DNA of 64,000 bases from Camelus dromedarius (Eukaryota). Shown in pieces: positions 21,349 to 34,300 of the stretch. Numbering within the stretch: position 1 is the stretch's first letter; each line of letters starts with the position of its first letter. The position numbers and the translations under genes were made by a program. The notes beneath the pieces were generated by a model, which was given only the letters and a program-made list of their open reading frames with translations, had not been told where the DNA came from and searched no databases. The DNA lies in assembly GCF_036321535.1 (NCBI RefSeq), contig NC_087437.1:62498001-62562000 (forward strand), written 5' to 3'.

Positions 21349-24300
21349 GTAAGCCGCGCCACCCGCCGTGCGGAAAGAAACTTTGTGGAGCACCCAGCGG
21401 CCCGCAGGCATCTCGGAGGGGCTGGGGCAGGGGATGTTATCTGAAGGTGGAAGGCGTCCCCCGGGGACTCCCAGGTGGGCGAGCCGCGGGGAACTGCCGG
21501 GTAAGGGCTTCCGAACTGCGTGCGCCACCCCGCGCGCGGCCCGCTGCATTCCCGCCCGGCTGTCGTCCGCCTCCGGTCGCCTCCCGGGCGAGGAGGAGCC
21601 TTCCTGTGTAAACAGCCCTGCCCGTCTGCTGACCCAGCCCGCGAGCACCCGCGCCCTGTGCGCGGGGAGGGCCGCCGCCAGCCCCGCGTTGGGGACGGGT
21701 CTCTGCATTCCCCGGCACAAAGCGGCCCTTGTGGCCGGCCTGGGGCTGTCGAGCTGCTGGCAGGCGCTGAGTGATGCAGCCGGTGCCCTGGCCTCGGGGA
21801 GGCGAAGGGCCGCTGGAAGCGCGTGACACGGAATCTTCGCTGGAGCCAAAGTGTGGGGGCCACCGCTACTCCTCAGGGCTCGTCTCCTGGGAGTATGGGT
21901 GCTCAGGGCCCAGTGGCTAATCCCTAGAATTTGACCGCGCCGAGGCCAGCTGCCTTCTTCCAGCTTCCTCTCCCGAGCCCCGCAAACTCGAGGGGAGACC
22001 CGCATCCCAAACCACAGCCCCACCTGGGACATCCGGATCTGATTCCTTTCTGCCTGGTTTTATCCCGCGGTTTACAGACACTCCGTCCCGCACACTCCTC
22101 TTAACTGTGGACGATTCCGGAGCAAAGGGCAGGGATTATGCGACTGCACTCGCGCGACACTGCCTTGGGCTGCCGGCTGTGTGAGGAGCCCTCGCTTACC
22201 TGCTTTAAGTTTTTGTCATTAGGAGAGGGCTAGTTGTGGCAGTTGGGAGGCCCCAGAGAGAGGATGTTCTATTGGGCGTTAGGGCTGCCAGGCACATGAG
22301 CTACCCCCACCCTGCCCCCCAAAAGCAGGAGGCTCCAAACTTTCTCCTTTCCCGTAGGGGACAGTTGTGTTGGAGTGCTTGCTCCATTCAACTTTCAAGC
22401 CCGAGATACTTGATTGCTCTTGTGAACCAAGAGTCTGGCTGCCGACAGAGGGAAGGAGTGTCCCCTTACTGTGTCTCATTTGCATGAAGGCAGTAGAGGT
22501 TTCCGTCTGAGAGAAGTCTGGGCAAACAAAAACTTCCTTCAAGCCCTAATTCATACTTATTACTGTAGCAAGACTTCTTTTATCACTCCAGAGCTTGGAG
22601 TAGATCAGAGGTTTCCAAACACCCATCTGGCAACCAGTGCTCATCGCTGATGTTTTCATGGGTCCCCAGGGAAATACAAAGAGAAAGGTGTAGCCTGTGT
22701 CACACATAGAAGTGTGTGACATTGCCAACAGTCCCCTGCTTCACAAGACTATCCTTTAATTTGAAATTATGTCTTTTTTTATTTTTTGGTAGGAAAACTT
22801 CTTTTAATAATTTGTAGTGATAATAGAGGGTAGATTTTCATTTTGGGCAACATTAAAAAATCGGGCAGTCCTATGTAAATTTCACCTTCTCTTTTTCTGT
22901 GTTTTTTCTTTTTAAATTTTAATGATGTGCGAAATCCAAAAATTTGGGAGCTACTGAAGGAGGTGACTTCTTAGTTCCCTTACAGCTTGATGTTCTGTGA
23001 TTCTAATAAAAACTTAAATACTTCCAGTTGCAAGTAATTCTTTCAATACATCATTTTCCGCTTACATTGTGATTTCTGTTTTTCAGAGCTCACATGCATC
23101 CTCACAACGATCTCCATTTTTCGGGTGGGCCCAAAAGGATTATTTGCCCATCCTCCTTGTCCATCGACCCCATAGGTTTTTGGTCCAGTATCCTCTGTCC
23201 GACCTGAAGCAGCTTAGGGAGGGAAAAAAAGCATTGAGCCGCAGTGGTTTATTTCCGACTCCTGCGATGCTCTCTTTTCTCCTGCCATTGCTTTAGAGCT
23301 CAGCCAGCCCTCCATGGATGAGCAGAGCAGTGGTAGAGCAAACCCATCTCTGGCCTCCAGTCCTGGCCACTTCCCTCTTAGTGCTCTGGAGCGTCTTAAG
23401 GTTAGAAGGGGTGACACACATCTGTGTAATTTTTCCTTGTTTCCCTATGTAGCTGAGCAAACTGCAAGCATAGTTTGAAACAGTTTTTCTTTTCCTTCCC
23501 TTTTCTTCTTTTTTTTCATGATGCACTGAGGTACTTTATCCAGAGTTTGTCTGTCTTGCTACTAGGAACATGATTTGAAAGAAAACTCTTCATTACCTAG
23601 TAAAAGGAAAAGGTGATCTGCAGGGTCATGCCTGCCTGGGGGTCCCTAGATCAGTGGCCAAGTCACCCGTCTGTTGCTTACACCACACTTTCATCTGTAT
23701 GCTTAATCCAGCAGGAAATAGACTTAATTTAAGGGGACTCACTTCAAACAAGTCCCTGGCAGGCTGATCACCCCTGCCACCCTCCCCCCCCATCCCAGGG
23801 TTATCTCCTGCTTTCCTTATTATCCCCTGGCCAAGGGCCTCTAGACAGGACCCAAGGGCGTGGTATTCCCAGGAAACCAGCGAAGGGTTTCTCTGGGGTG
23901 AGGCCGTTTGTCTCTACACAGTAGGAGGGAGGAATGTGGCATTGATTTGGCTGCAGGACTGGAGTCATGTTTGCTATCATAGTTTATTAAAAAGAAAAAA
24001 TTCAAATGTTCTCTTAGCAAATGCCCTGCACGTTACAATGCTCTAAATCCTAAGAGAACCCTTTATCCTATTTACTGTACTCCTGTTGGCAGCACTTCCC
24101 GCCACCACGTTTTCGGTCTGTGAGGGGACTGCTGGAAAGTGGCCTTGGCTTTGCAGCTCTCAGGTAACCAGGCAAAGGTTTACAAAGGACGGGACAATGA
24201 AACGCAAACAGGGGCTTGGTGTGTCGGCCGCTGTTTACCCGAGGTGTTTACACTTTAGCGCCACCATCCTTGAATTAGGGGGGCTTTTAATAAAGGAGAT

Positions 24301-24630
24301 TGAGGCAGAAGAGGGCAGGGTCTAATTAGCTCTAATTAGTATTCCTCTCCTGCTTGTTCTCCATGCTTATTTAGCTACTGAGGCAACGGAGAATTAAAGT
24401 ATCTGAGTGGTTGGCAAAGGCCCTTTGTGCCTGCCTACCCTGGTAACTGCTACTTCAGCCAGCTCAGGGAAGTGTTCTGAGAAGTTCTAACGACATCAGT
24501 AATGTGCGATGATGACACAGAACGTCATGGACAGCGAGTGCCCCTTTCACGTGTGGTGTGCAGACCGGTTAATTGCGGGGGGGGGCTCTTCGCAGGTGTT
24601 TTCCACTGGCTGTGGCTGAGGGCTTTGTTT

Positions 24631-24687
24631 CCTTTTTTTAAAGGTAAAAAATTTTTTTTTTACTTTATTTTTTGAGGGGGGAGGTAG
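24631..24687 (-). mobile_element. Severely 5'-truncated SINE (tail only)
   Basis: T-rich tail plus gaggggggaggta, the same 3' motif as in the other SINE copies. Flanked by the direct repeat gagggctttgttt at 24618-24630 and 24688-24700. Confidence 0.75.
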
Positions 24688-26089
24688 GAGGGCTTTGTTT
24701 TCTTTCTAGTTGGAATGGGATTAATGGCCTTTATAAACGTAAAGGAACTCTTCACAGGCCTGTTTGTGAGGCCTCTTCTTGTTTCTACTGAAGGCAGAGC
24801 TTGATTCCGGGGCCACGTGGTGCCAAGTTTGCTCCCAGGCAGGCCCTGACACCTCCCCTATGGCCCGCGCTTGGAGGGGGCTGTGGCGTGGCCCGCACTC
24901 CGTACTGGAGTCCCTCCCCTACCCCACGAGAGATTTTCAGAGGTGGTTGCTTGTCCCTTGTAGGGTCTCAACTCTCACTCAGAGTGATCTGTTAAAACTC
25001 AAGTTAGAGGCTGTCAATCTGCTTGAAACCCTCCAGTGGCTTCCAGAAGTCCTGACTGTGCCCTGCTAGGCTCTCCATGAAATCCCACTGCCCCCTGACT
25101 TTCTCACCACTTCCCCTTGCCCACTTCACTCCAGCACCGGCACCGCTGGCCACACTGTTCTTCCAGCTCCGGCTGCAGCCCTCCACTCTCCTGCTCCAGG
25201 TCTCTGCATGGAGAGCTTCCTCCACCCTGCAGCCTTTTCTCTCCCCACCCACGCTGCAGCCTCCCGGCCCATGTTCTTCCTACCTCCTCTCCTTTCTTAG
25301 CATTTATCACCATCTAATGTACCATCATCTGGTTTATTGTCCATCTCCCCCTACGAGGATTCCACCCCCACAACCAGGATGTAAGCTCCCTGAAGGCAGG
25401 GAGTTTTGTTGTTTTTATTTATCACTGTATCCTCTGTGCCTAGAACAGTGCCTGACTCATAGTTGCTGAATGAATGGATGAACACAAGTCTTGGTTGTGG
25501 GTCTTTGTGTGTGTGTGTGTGTATTGGAAGGGGAGTGTCCCACCCACCTCCTTGCCACCTTCTCCAACTAGCTTTGAGGTCAGTGACTGCATGTAGTTTA
25601 TGAGGAAGAAACATTCTGGGTCGGGCTGGGGAGAGAATCCTTTTGAATGTGTTGAGATTTTTTTTTTTGAGCTGGAATCTCTGATAGAGGCCATTTAGTC
25701 TACCCCCCTGAATTGTTTGCATGAGGATGCTGAGGCCAGGAAAGGTTAAGTGACTTGCCCAAGGTCATGTCACCAATAAGTGACAGAACAAGTCCTTGAA
25801 TCTGTTGTGCCAGGATATCCCCTCATCCCATGGCTCCAGCCCAGATGTCCTGTCCTCTGTGAAGTCTTGTCTGCATCCCTCAGATGGAGCAGAATTGGCC
25901 TTTCCTTCCCTTGTTCTCATAGCATCTTCTGTCTGGGGCTGGGAGGGATCTGCCTCACCCGCTGCATGGTGAATTGCCCCGGTCTTGTTTACCTTCTGGT
26001 CCCTGATACAGACTGATGATTGGTACTCAGTTGATTTCTCACCCCCACCCCCACCATGGTTTCAATGACCTTTAAAAGAAAACCCTCAA

Positions 26090-26525
26090 CTTTTTAAACA
26101 GGTAAAACTATTCTAGATTTACAGAAAATTTGAGACGAGAGTACAGAGAGTTCCCATACGCCCACTTCCAGTTTTGCGTATTACTTACATCTTATATTCT
26201 TATGGTATTTTGTTACAATTACTGAACCACATCAACATGTTATTATTAACTAAAGTCCATGCTTTCTGCAGATTTCTTTAGTTCTTCCCTGATGTCCCTT
26301 TTCTGTCTTAGGATCCTGTACCGGATACCACGTTACGTTGAGCTGTCCTGCCTCTGTAGGCTCCTCTTGGCTGTGACAGTTTTTCAGTCTTTTTTGCTTT
26401 TGATGACCTTGACGGTTTTGAGGAGATATTTTGTAGACTGACCCTCTACTGGAATTTGTCTGATGTTTTTCCTTGTGATTAGATTGGAGTTATGGATTTT
26501 TGGAGGAAGACCGTAGAGGTAATCA
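26090..26525 (-). mobile_element. Old LINE-1 3' fragment (L1MC/ME-like)
   Basis: ttctagatttacagaaaa...agtacagagagttcccatac...ttattaactaaagtccat resembles old L1 3' UTR. Confidence 0.65.
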
Positions 26526-29500
26526 GTCGCCTTTTAAAAATAGGTAATCTATTCACCTAGTTTTTTTAAGCATAACAAATGTAGGATGAGAGATTTCTCT
26601 TCTTTTCTGTTCTTTTTGCCCATCAGTCCAGGATGTTTGCCCTGACCCCCTCCCCTGCTCAGATCATGCCTGTCAGGTTTTTATGTATCTGGAGTATTTT
26701 CTGTACACGTTATAAATTTCCCTCCCCTGTTTTTATTGAAAGGCAGCACTAAACGCACTGTTCTGCATCATGCCTTTTATGTTAACTCTGTGGTAAATCT
26801 GTCAGGGTGAGCTTCATTTCTTCCGTACATGGGGAATAGGGAACGTGCACATTCTTTTTTAAAGCTGCATAGTATTCTAATGGATGAATTGGTGTTTAAA
26901 AAAAAACAAGTCATATCTGTAAAGCTGGCATTGTCGGGTGATCTGATGTCTGGTGTTCAGAAAGTCTAAGATTGGAACTGAGACAAATCCTTCCTAGAGC
27001 TCGTGTTTACACTTCATGGTAACATCTTTAGACCGATGACTATTTAATTGCTAGATTCAGTAGTGGAAATACTTTGTTGTGTGACACATGTGCAGGATGT
27101 GGTTCAGGGTTCAGGGCATCGGGAGAAGCACTTACCACCTTGTTTCTCCAAACAAGAATAATGAAATGTTTTTATTTTCTGTTGTGAAAACAGTGACTAA
27201 AATATGATTCAGGATTCTGTTTCTCTTGCCTGGCTTTTCACTCGTATGAAGGTGGACGCACAGACATCAACTGTTCCAAGTATCGTGGTCTGTTCTTGTT
27301 CGTGTGCTTTCTAGGGTGGGTGCATATCCTATATACTCATTAAGCGTTTCCCACTGTCCCGACTGAGGAGTGCCGTGTCTCCTCTCCCCCTGCCAGCAGG
27401 GCCGTTCCTGCTTGGTACTCGCCTCTGTCATCCCATTGCATGTTTTGGATCAGAAAATTCCAGCAGTTGAAGGTGTGTGTCAGTCGGTGCTATGTGACCT
27501 TGGCCACATGGGATGACAGAAGTGGGGAGAGGCTGAGTGGAGGGAGGCCAGCGGGAGGGGAGGGCTACTGCAGAAGTCTGCCGAGACCTGGCTGGGGCTG
27601 TGTAGGGCTGGAGGTGGCAGGCAGGAAAGGTTGGATTTAGGAGAAACATTTCATATGTCTTGCAGGAAGGATCGGCCGGACGTGGAGGCTGCCTGACTAT
27701 GACTGATAAAGGGAGGGATGAGTCAATGAGTTTCAGAAGACCATATTTTCAGATGATGGTTTGCAGTAAACCCCTGGCTTCAGAGACATTAAGGGCTGCA
27801 GGCCACTGACGTCGAGCTGGGAATAGTCATGGTGCAAACAGCAACCAAGAAAAGTTGTGGCCACCGGCTGGGCTGCTCGTGCCTATTTCCATGACCTAGA
27901 CACAATACTCTGACATTTGTGAACTCTGGCTGTTTAGCTTTTCTGTTCATTGCTTCCTTCCTTTCAAAATGCTATTGGTGCCGAGTGACTCATCCAGCCA
28001 AATCCAGCCTCTCTGAAGTGTTAATAGGGGGAGAGAGGAGAGATGCCAAAGGGAGTAACGCTGGCACAGGGGCACCGGTCAGCGCGGCCTGTGCTCTTGG
28101 TTCCGGAGTGCCTGGCTGCTGCCTGGTACCCACCGACCATGTGCTCCCAGGGAGCAAGGCCTGGGTCAATCCTCTCTGTATCTCCAGCGTCCCCGGGCCC
28201 AGTGCTTGGCGTTTAGGACATGCTTAGAGCAGGGTTTCTTGAATTTGAATTTGTCCCAACAGCAACCTAATTTTAGAGGAATTATCTTGAGTACAGTGAA
28301 ACTCCTTTACTATTGCTTGTGAATATGTAATAGTTACAGAAACAATTAAGAATGCAGTGTGACAGATATTTTGCAGTTGTTTAATAGGTTTTCATGCCAG
28401 ATGCCTGCCACATCCTTGGAGGCTCTTCAGGATTATGTCCAAGGTCTTTTAGGCTGACACAGAGGAAGACCAGAGCCCAGTCTGATGTGGGTCAGAATGG
28501 AGGAGCCCTTAGTGCCGTGAGCCGGAGACCCCGGTCCAAGGTCCCAGGGCTCAGTGATGAGGCCCTGGTAATTGGAAAGTGGTGTTGGTGAATTTATGTG
28601 GGCTGGGACAGAGACATACATGAGACATCCAACCTCAGATTCCTTCCTGACTAGGGTCTGTTGGACATCTCCTCCAGAGGACTCCAGAGCTTTCTGGTCA
28701 CATGGCCCTGAGTCTAGGGTGGGGCAGGGACCCCCAGGTAGGTACTCCAGACAGGCACTGACTGGCCACTGCTCCTTCTGAACTCACTTGTAGGCTGAGC
28801 TCCTTGTTTTGGGTCACTCTTTTGTTTTCTCACGTTTTCATCTATAAAATGAGGTGACTTGATTAGCTCATCCTAAAGCACTTCCAGCTCCAAGGTTCAG
28901 CAATTCCAAAATTTCATGGAAATAGTTTTATACATCAAAGCAAATGACATGCCACAGGGCCTGCACTTCTCTCTGATAAGGTTGAGGAGAGCAGGAGAGT
29001 CATTTTCATTCTAGATTTGATCCCCACCCTCCAGGTAGTGGTTTCTGACCACTAAGGATATTTGACCAAAAAATGGATCTGGCATCTTGACTCTTTTCTT
29101 GCACTCATTGTTTTTTTAAAAGTCTCAAGTGCCTATTTGAAAGTCACCAAGTGAATGGATTCATATTAAAATGAGAAAGGAGTTTGTCGATACAAGCAGG
29201 AGGCAGGCAGGCTCAACTTCCCGGTGGGCTGGATTGTAAGACCTTGGTCAGTGTTTGGCCCTAGGAAGGGCTCTTCCTGCTGAAAGGAGGCATGCACCGT
29301 GGTTGGTCTCAGCTTGTTCCTCCTGGAAAATGGGTTCTGAGTCCAGCGTTGCACCCTGGAGGTCCTGCTGCAGGCCTGGCAGTGAGATTGGGGTCCCCCA
29401 GCTCTGGGGGTGTAAGGCAGGAGTCCCAACAGGGCGACCACTGGTGGAGGTGAGGGGCCCAGGGTTCCAGGTGGGGTCTCTGGTGGGGAAAACCATCTTT

Positions 29501-30429
29501 CTCACCCCCATGGGTCCCCAAAGCTGCCTTTCCTTTCTTCCCTGCACCTCAGGTCTTGCCAATTTCTCACCCGTCTATCCCAGTTGCCATTCTTATCCCA
29601 AATGGTATTTGTTCCTGCTAGTGCCTCTCAGAATGACACAGTGCAGCTCCGAGTCACTCAATTTCTGTGGGTTTTTACTGCCAGTGACAGAGAAGAAGCA
29701 GGGAGTTCAAATTAGCAAGTGAGGGAAATATTACAGGTTTAAGATGTCTCACAACCAGTGTTGTTATGGTGTTTAGCAGAGCTAGGGAACAGTCTCCACA
29801 TCCCTGTGTTTTCTCCACTCTCCCTTGTTAATCTCCTTGACTCTTTTTCTCCCCTTTGTGGTCTAAGCCCTTCTTCTAGGGCTGGTGGCCCTGGGTTTTC
29901 CTTTTTTTTCCATTTATCCAGTGTGCCCCTAGGCAACGATCAGAAGAGACCAGTGGGTCTTTTAGGGCTGTGAGGACCAAATAAAGTTATTTCTATTCAA
30001 GGAAAACCAACTAGTTCTGCTCTTGTTCAAAAGAAATCTATCCTGGATGTTTGAGAGAGGAAGGAAAAGAAGGCTGATAAATTTCACCAAAGATGCCTGT
30101 GCAGTTGCAGGGTGGGATTTGGAGGAGGAAATGGGGTTGGGTAGAGGGGTGGGGGAGGGAAAGGAGTGGGGGACAGTGGATTTAACCTCAATACCACAGT
30201 TGCTCCTGCCTCCAGAGACCCCTCCCCACATTAATGGGACAGGGACAGGGGGTGGGAGGGCTGGCCTGGGTTTGAAATAAGTGACTTTTATAAAAAGAAG
30301 TTTTCCTCTACTCTTAAGTTTCTGATTTTTTTAAAAATCAGGGATGGGTTTTGAATTTGATCAGATGCCTTTGTATCACCTTCTGAGGTGATATATCGTT
30401 TCTTACTTGACCTACTAATACATGTATTG

Positions 30430-30730
30430 TTTGTTTGTTTTTTAATTTTTTTGTGGTGGGGAGGCGATTAGATTTATTTACTATTTTATGAAGAGGTACT
30501 GGGGATTGAACCCAGGACCTTGTGCATGCTAAGCATGCGCTTTACCACTTGAGCTATATCCTCCCCCCTTTTTAATTTTTATTTATTTATTTTTTTAATT
30601 TAAAAAAATTAAAAAAGAAATTGGGGGGGGGGGATTTGTTTATTTATTTTTCTAGTGGAGGTGCTGGGGATTGAACCCAGGACCTAGTGCATGCTTGGCC
30701 TGCACTCTACCATTAAGCTATACCCTCCCC
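30430..30730 (-). mobile_element. Two tandem/nested tRNA-derived SINEs inside one TSD
   Basis: Two copies of ...ggggattgaacccaggacc...gcta..taccctcccc (~30450-30568 and ~30570-30730). Outer perfect TSD cctactaatacatgtattg at 30411-30429 and 30731-30749. Confidence 0.9.
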
Positions 30731-31258
30731 CCTACTAATACATGTATTGAGTTAATGGAGTTGCATTATCTTAATCTAGCATTGTCTTCCCAGGGTACAT
30801 TCTCCTCTGTGGGCTGTGCTGGCTTCTTTCGGTACACTGTGGATTTGGGACGACAGGACCCGATTTAGGTTTTTCTGATGTCTGAAGAAGACCTATCTGT
30901 TCTTTTTTCTTTCTTTTTTTTTGTCCTTTGTATTTTTGTCTTTTCAGCTGGACTAAGTGTACAGGGCCTTGTGCCCCCTCAGTGAGGGAGGGCCTGCTGT
31001 GTTACGGGAGAAGGCAGTGGAAATCCAAGTGGGCGCAGCAGAAGAAACGGGAGCTGCTAACACAAGGGTGCACGGTTGATGGGGGCTTCAGAAACCGTCA
31101 GTGAGAAACTGCAGTTAGCACAGGGGCTGCACCCTTCGGCCTCACGGAGGCCCCCTGTCACAAAAGGAAGTGACTCCTCCTCCCACCCCACTCAAAAGCC
31201 TCATCAGTAGGGTTTATGGCCAGAAACTAATTGGTGCGTCTGTATCTTTTTTTTGAAG

Positions 31259-31344
31259 GTCTGAACATATGCACTAGTGGAAGTGCCACCTCGTGTGAAG
31301 AATGTCTGCTGATCCACCCAAAATGTGCCTGGTGCTCCAAAGAG
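31259..31344 (+). CDS. ITGB5: Integrin beta-5 exon 2 (PSI domain start)
   Basis: ttttgaAG acceptor, GTATGT donor. Encodes [29 protein letters not shown]; 86 nt, phase 1/0. Confidence 0.97.
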
Positions 31345-34300
31345 GTATGTGGGCGAGGGTGGGTGGGCTGCACTACCACACACACGTTGACTGTGCAGAG
31401 AAAGTGTGTTCAGATGCTGCAGACTACCTCTTCCTGCCAGGACAGTGGTGAAAGAGAAGCTGCTTTTTTATAACATGAATTGGGTCTCAGGTAGTGCTGA
31501 ATGTTTCAGTCCTGCTTTAGGGAAGCAAGGCCTTCCTTCCCTTTTGTAGGGGAACCAGTCACAACTCTTGTATAGTTTTCTGCTATTTGGTAAAAGACCT
31601 GAGCTTGTGAAGTGACTCTGTCGCATAACAATTTAAAACATGCCTGGGTGGGTGGCCGTTGGTAGACACCAGTCATCTTAGAGTGGCTTATCTGAGGATG
31701 GATGTTAGGAATTGGCCTTTATGAAATGATTTTATTTGAAAAGAATGGCTGCTGTTTCATCAAGTCCTATAGGAGGGGCTGTAAGTTTGGGGTGGTGACA
31801 GGCATATTGCTGTCATAAAGCAGTACGATCAGCAGTGCTTGGCGGGCTAGTCGGGACATGGTAACTTCTAAAGCTCTCGTCTTGGGGGAGATTTCTGGGT
31901 CACTTTTCTAAACTGTTGTTAGAACCATGGGGCACAAACCCTCTTTGCACTGGTGCACCATTAAGGCTATTTTTAAAAGAACCCAGGACTTGCCGTTTTA
32001 GACTGGCTCAGCCGCTGCTTACAGTGTGTGCTGTGCAGGAGGCCCAAGGGATGGCTCCTGGCGGGCCAGGCCTCTTCGCCGTGATGCTGCCCCAGAGGTC
32101 TAGGGGTTCCTTCTGCCTGTGGTGGCTAAAAATGATCCTGTGGGGACCCCTACTTGATGCCACACTCTTTGTACATCTTGTCTCTAATCCTCACAACAGC
32201 TCTGTGTGGTGGGTGGTAATACACCTGTTTTATTGATGCAAGTCTGAGTCTCAGAGAGATTAAGTGACTGTTTCAAGGCCACACTGTGTTCCAAGGCTAG
32301 GGTTTGAGTCTGGCTTCTGGGACTTCTGAGCACAGGCCCTTTCCTCTAGGCTGCACTGCCTGTTACATGTGACTGTTCTAGAATGTTTTCTAGTAGAGTG
32401 AGATTCCTAACCAAGCCGCTTTGAGAGAGAATTCTTCCCAATACATGAACTCTTGGTTGTATTTGTGCTTAATTGTAGTCTTTGTTATGAACTTTCTCTA
32501 AACCTGCCAGTGGTTCCTTCCTGACCTGCATGACAAATCCAGGTTCCATGGCCCCTGCCTCCCCACCTTCATCCTTTGCTTGCCTCCAGCGCTTCAGCCC
32601 CAGGGAATGACCTGAAGGTCCCCAGAGAGCCCAGACTGATGAGCACCCTTGTGGTTTTCCCTGTGATGCTGCTTCTCCTGGGGGCCTTCCCCCTCCTTCC
32701 CCTGACCAACACCTTGCCTTCCAGTTTTCAAGAATCAGTTCAAGACTCATGTACTCTATGAAGACTTTTGTGGTTCCCCCCAGACTCATCTGTCTGTCTG
32801 CCCAACCACCTATCCGTCCGTCCATCTATCCATCCATCTCAAATGAGAATGTAAGCCCCTTTCACCAGAAGGTCAGGGCAGGGGTTTTATCTGTTTTCTT
32901 CACTGCTGGACACCCCCACACTCAGAATGATGCCTGGCAGATAGTTGTCGCTTAGTAATATTGATGGAAGGCCTTTGTTGGGCGGCTGTTCATTACGTGT
33001 CTGCATGAACACACCATGACCACCTCTCTGTCTCCCCATAGTCTGTCCTCCTTCCATAGCACCTGCAACTTCTTATTCTATGCATTTGTTTTCACGCTTG
33101 TTACCAATTAAAACATCATCTTCTTGAGTCTCTAAACTATGTCTTATTCATCTTCAGATCTAGCCAAGAATCTGGCATGAATTCCTATTTGGTAAGGTCT
33201 GCTAAAAAGACATGGAGTTAGACAACCAAAGTTTGTCTCAGTTTTACCATGACTTACTCCCAGTTTCTTGATAGGTCAAATGAAGGTGGCAGTCCCCACC
33301 CTCCAGCATTACTGGGGGCACAAAATGAGGTCAGTTCATGAGAGGGCTTGTGCTTGGGGCTGCTGATTAGCCAGGCCTCCTGAACCTTGTCATCGGTAGG
33401 TATTTTCTAGTGAAATGTGGGCAGGGGAGCTGGAAGCCGTCTGAACTGTCCACTTGAGGTTCCTTCCTTTCCTGTGCTGGCACTTCACAGGTCTGACGGC
33501 CTGATACTGGTGGTGACTGACCTCATCCCAAGGAGCTGACCACTGTCCTCGCCCACAGCTGGGCCGCCCTGCCGCCCACTGGGCTCCCCCCGTGCTTAGG
33601 AAGAGCCTCAGTCTTGGCTGTAGGACCTCCTGTGCTGCCTGCTTGGGAATGAGGCTTCCCATCCTCTTTGGAGTGAGCTGCCCCCAGGGCCTGAGTGTGT
33701 TCCAGGGAGCTGAGTTAGGGGAGTTCAGGAATGGTTTTGATCAACCTCTACCCCTAGCAGGACAGGGTGAGTGTGGCTGAGTGCCTTAACCATACTTCCT
33801 GGGATGCCATCAGAGAAGTAAGGTATGTGCCAAGAGCACATGACGTGTGTGCACAGAGGGCTGGTACTGAGTGGACAGCCAGGGAGGGCCGAGTCCCTAA
33901 CCAGTGGGTTCTTGGGGATTCTGATATGCCTGCCCACCCTGTGGCTGCATACCACCCCGGATTAACCCCAGAACACATTCCACTGGGGCTCCCCTGTTCC
34001 AGATCCCACAATGGCTACCTTATTTACTTGAGGTGGGGGTGGGAACTCCTTACTCTGAATTAAACACCACTTGTGACCCAATTCCACCTCCTCTCTCCAG
34101 TCCCCCTCCTGTTACCGTGTGCTCCCACAGGGGTGGAGTTTGAGTCCGCCGGTGCCCTCACCGCCCCCTGCACAGCACTTCACGCTGGTTCTGTCTACCT
34201 CGTCCTGCTGCATGGCCTGTTAACCTGGCTCACCTGTCCTCATTTCCTAACTGGTTTCCTTGGCTTCAGACCTGACCCTCTGGCTCCAAGACCAGAGTTG

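Larger units (their letters stand above)
20380..22200. promoter_or_regulatory. ITGB5: CpG island / TATA-less promoter of ITGB5 with multiple GC boxes
   Basis: Very high GC and CpG density. CCCCGCCCC/GGGGCGG Sp/KLF boxes near 20657, 20731, 20806-20830 and 20942. Spans exon 1. Confidence 0.92.

Noticed and set aside
20447..22032. Long ORFs of 277 and 318 aa on the minus strand and other overlapping ORFs
   Set aside because: Expected by chance in a stop-poor CpG island; low-complexity Arg/Pro/Gly/Ala content and no recognisable domain.
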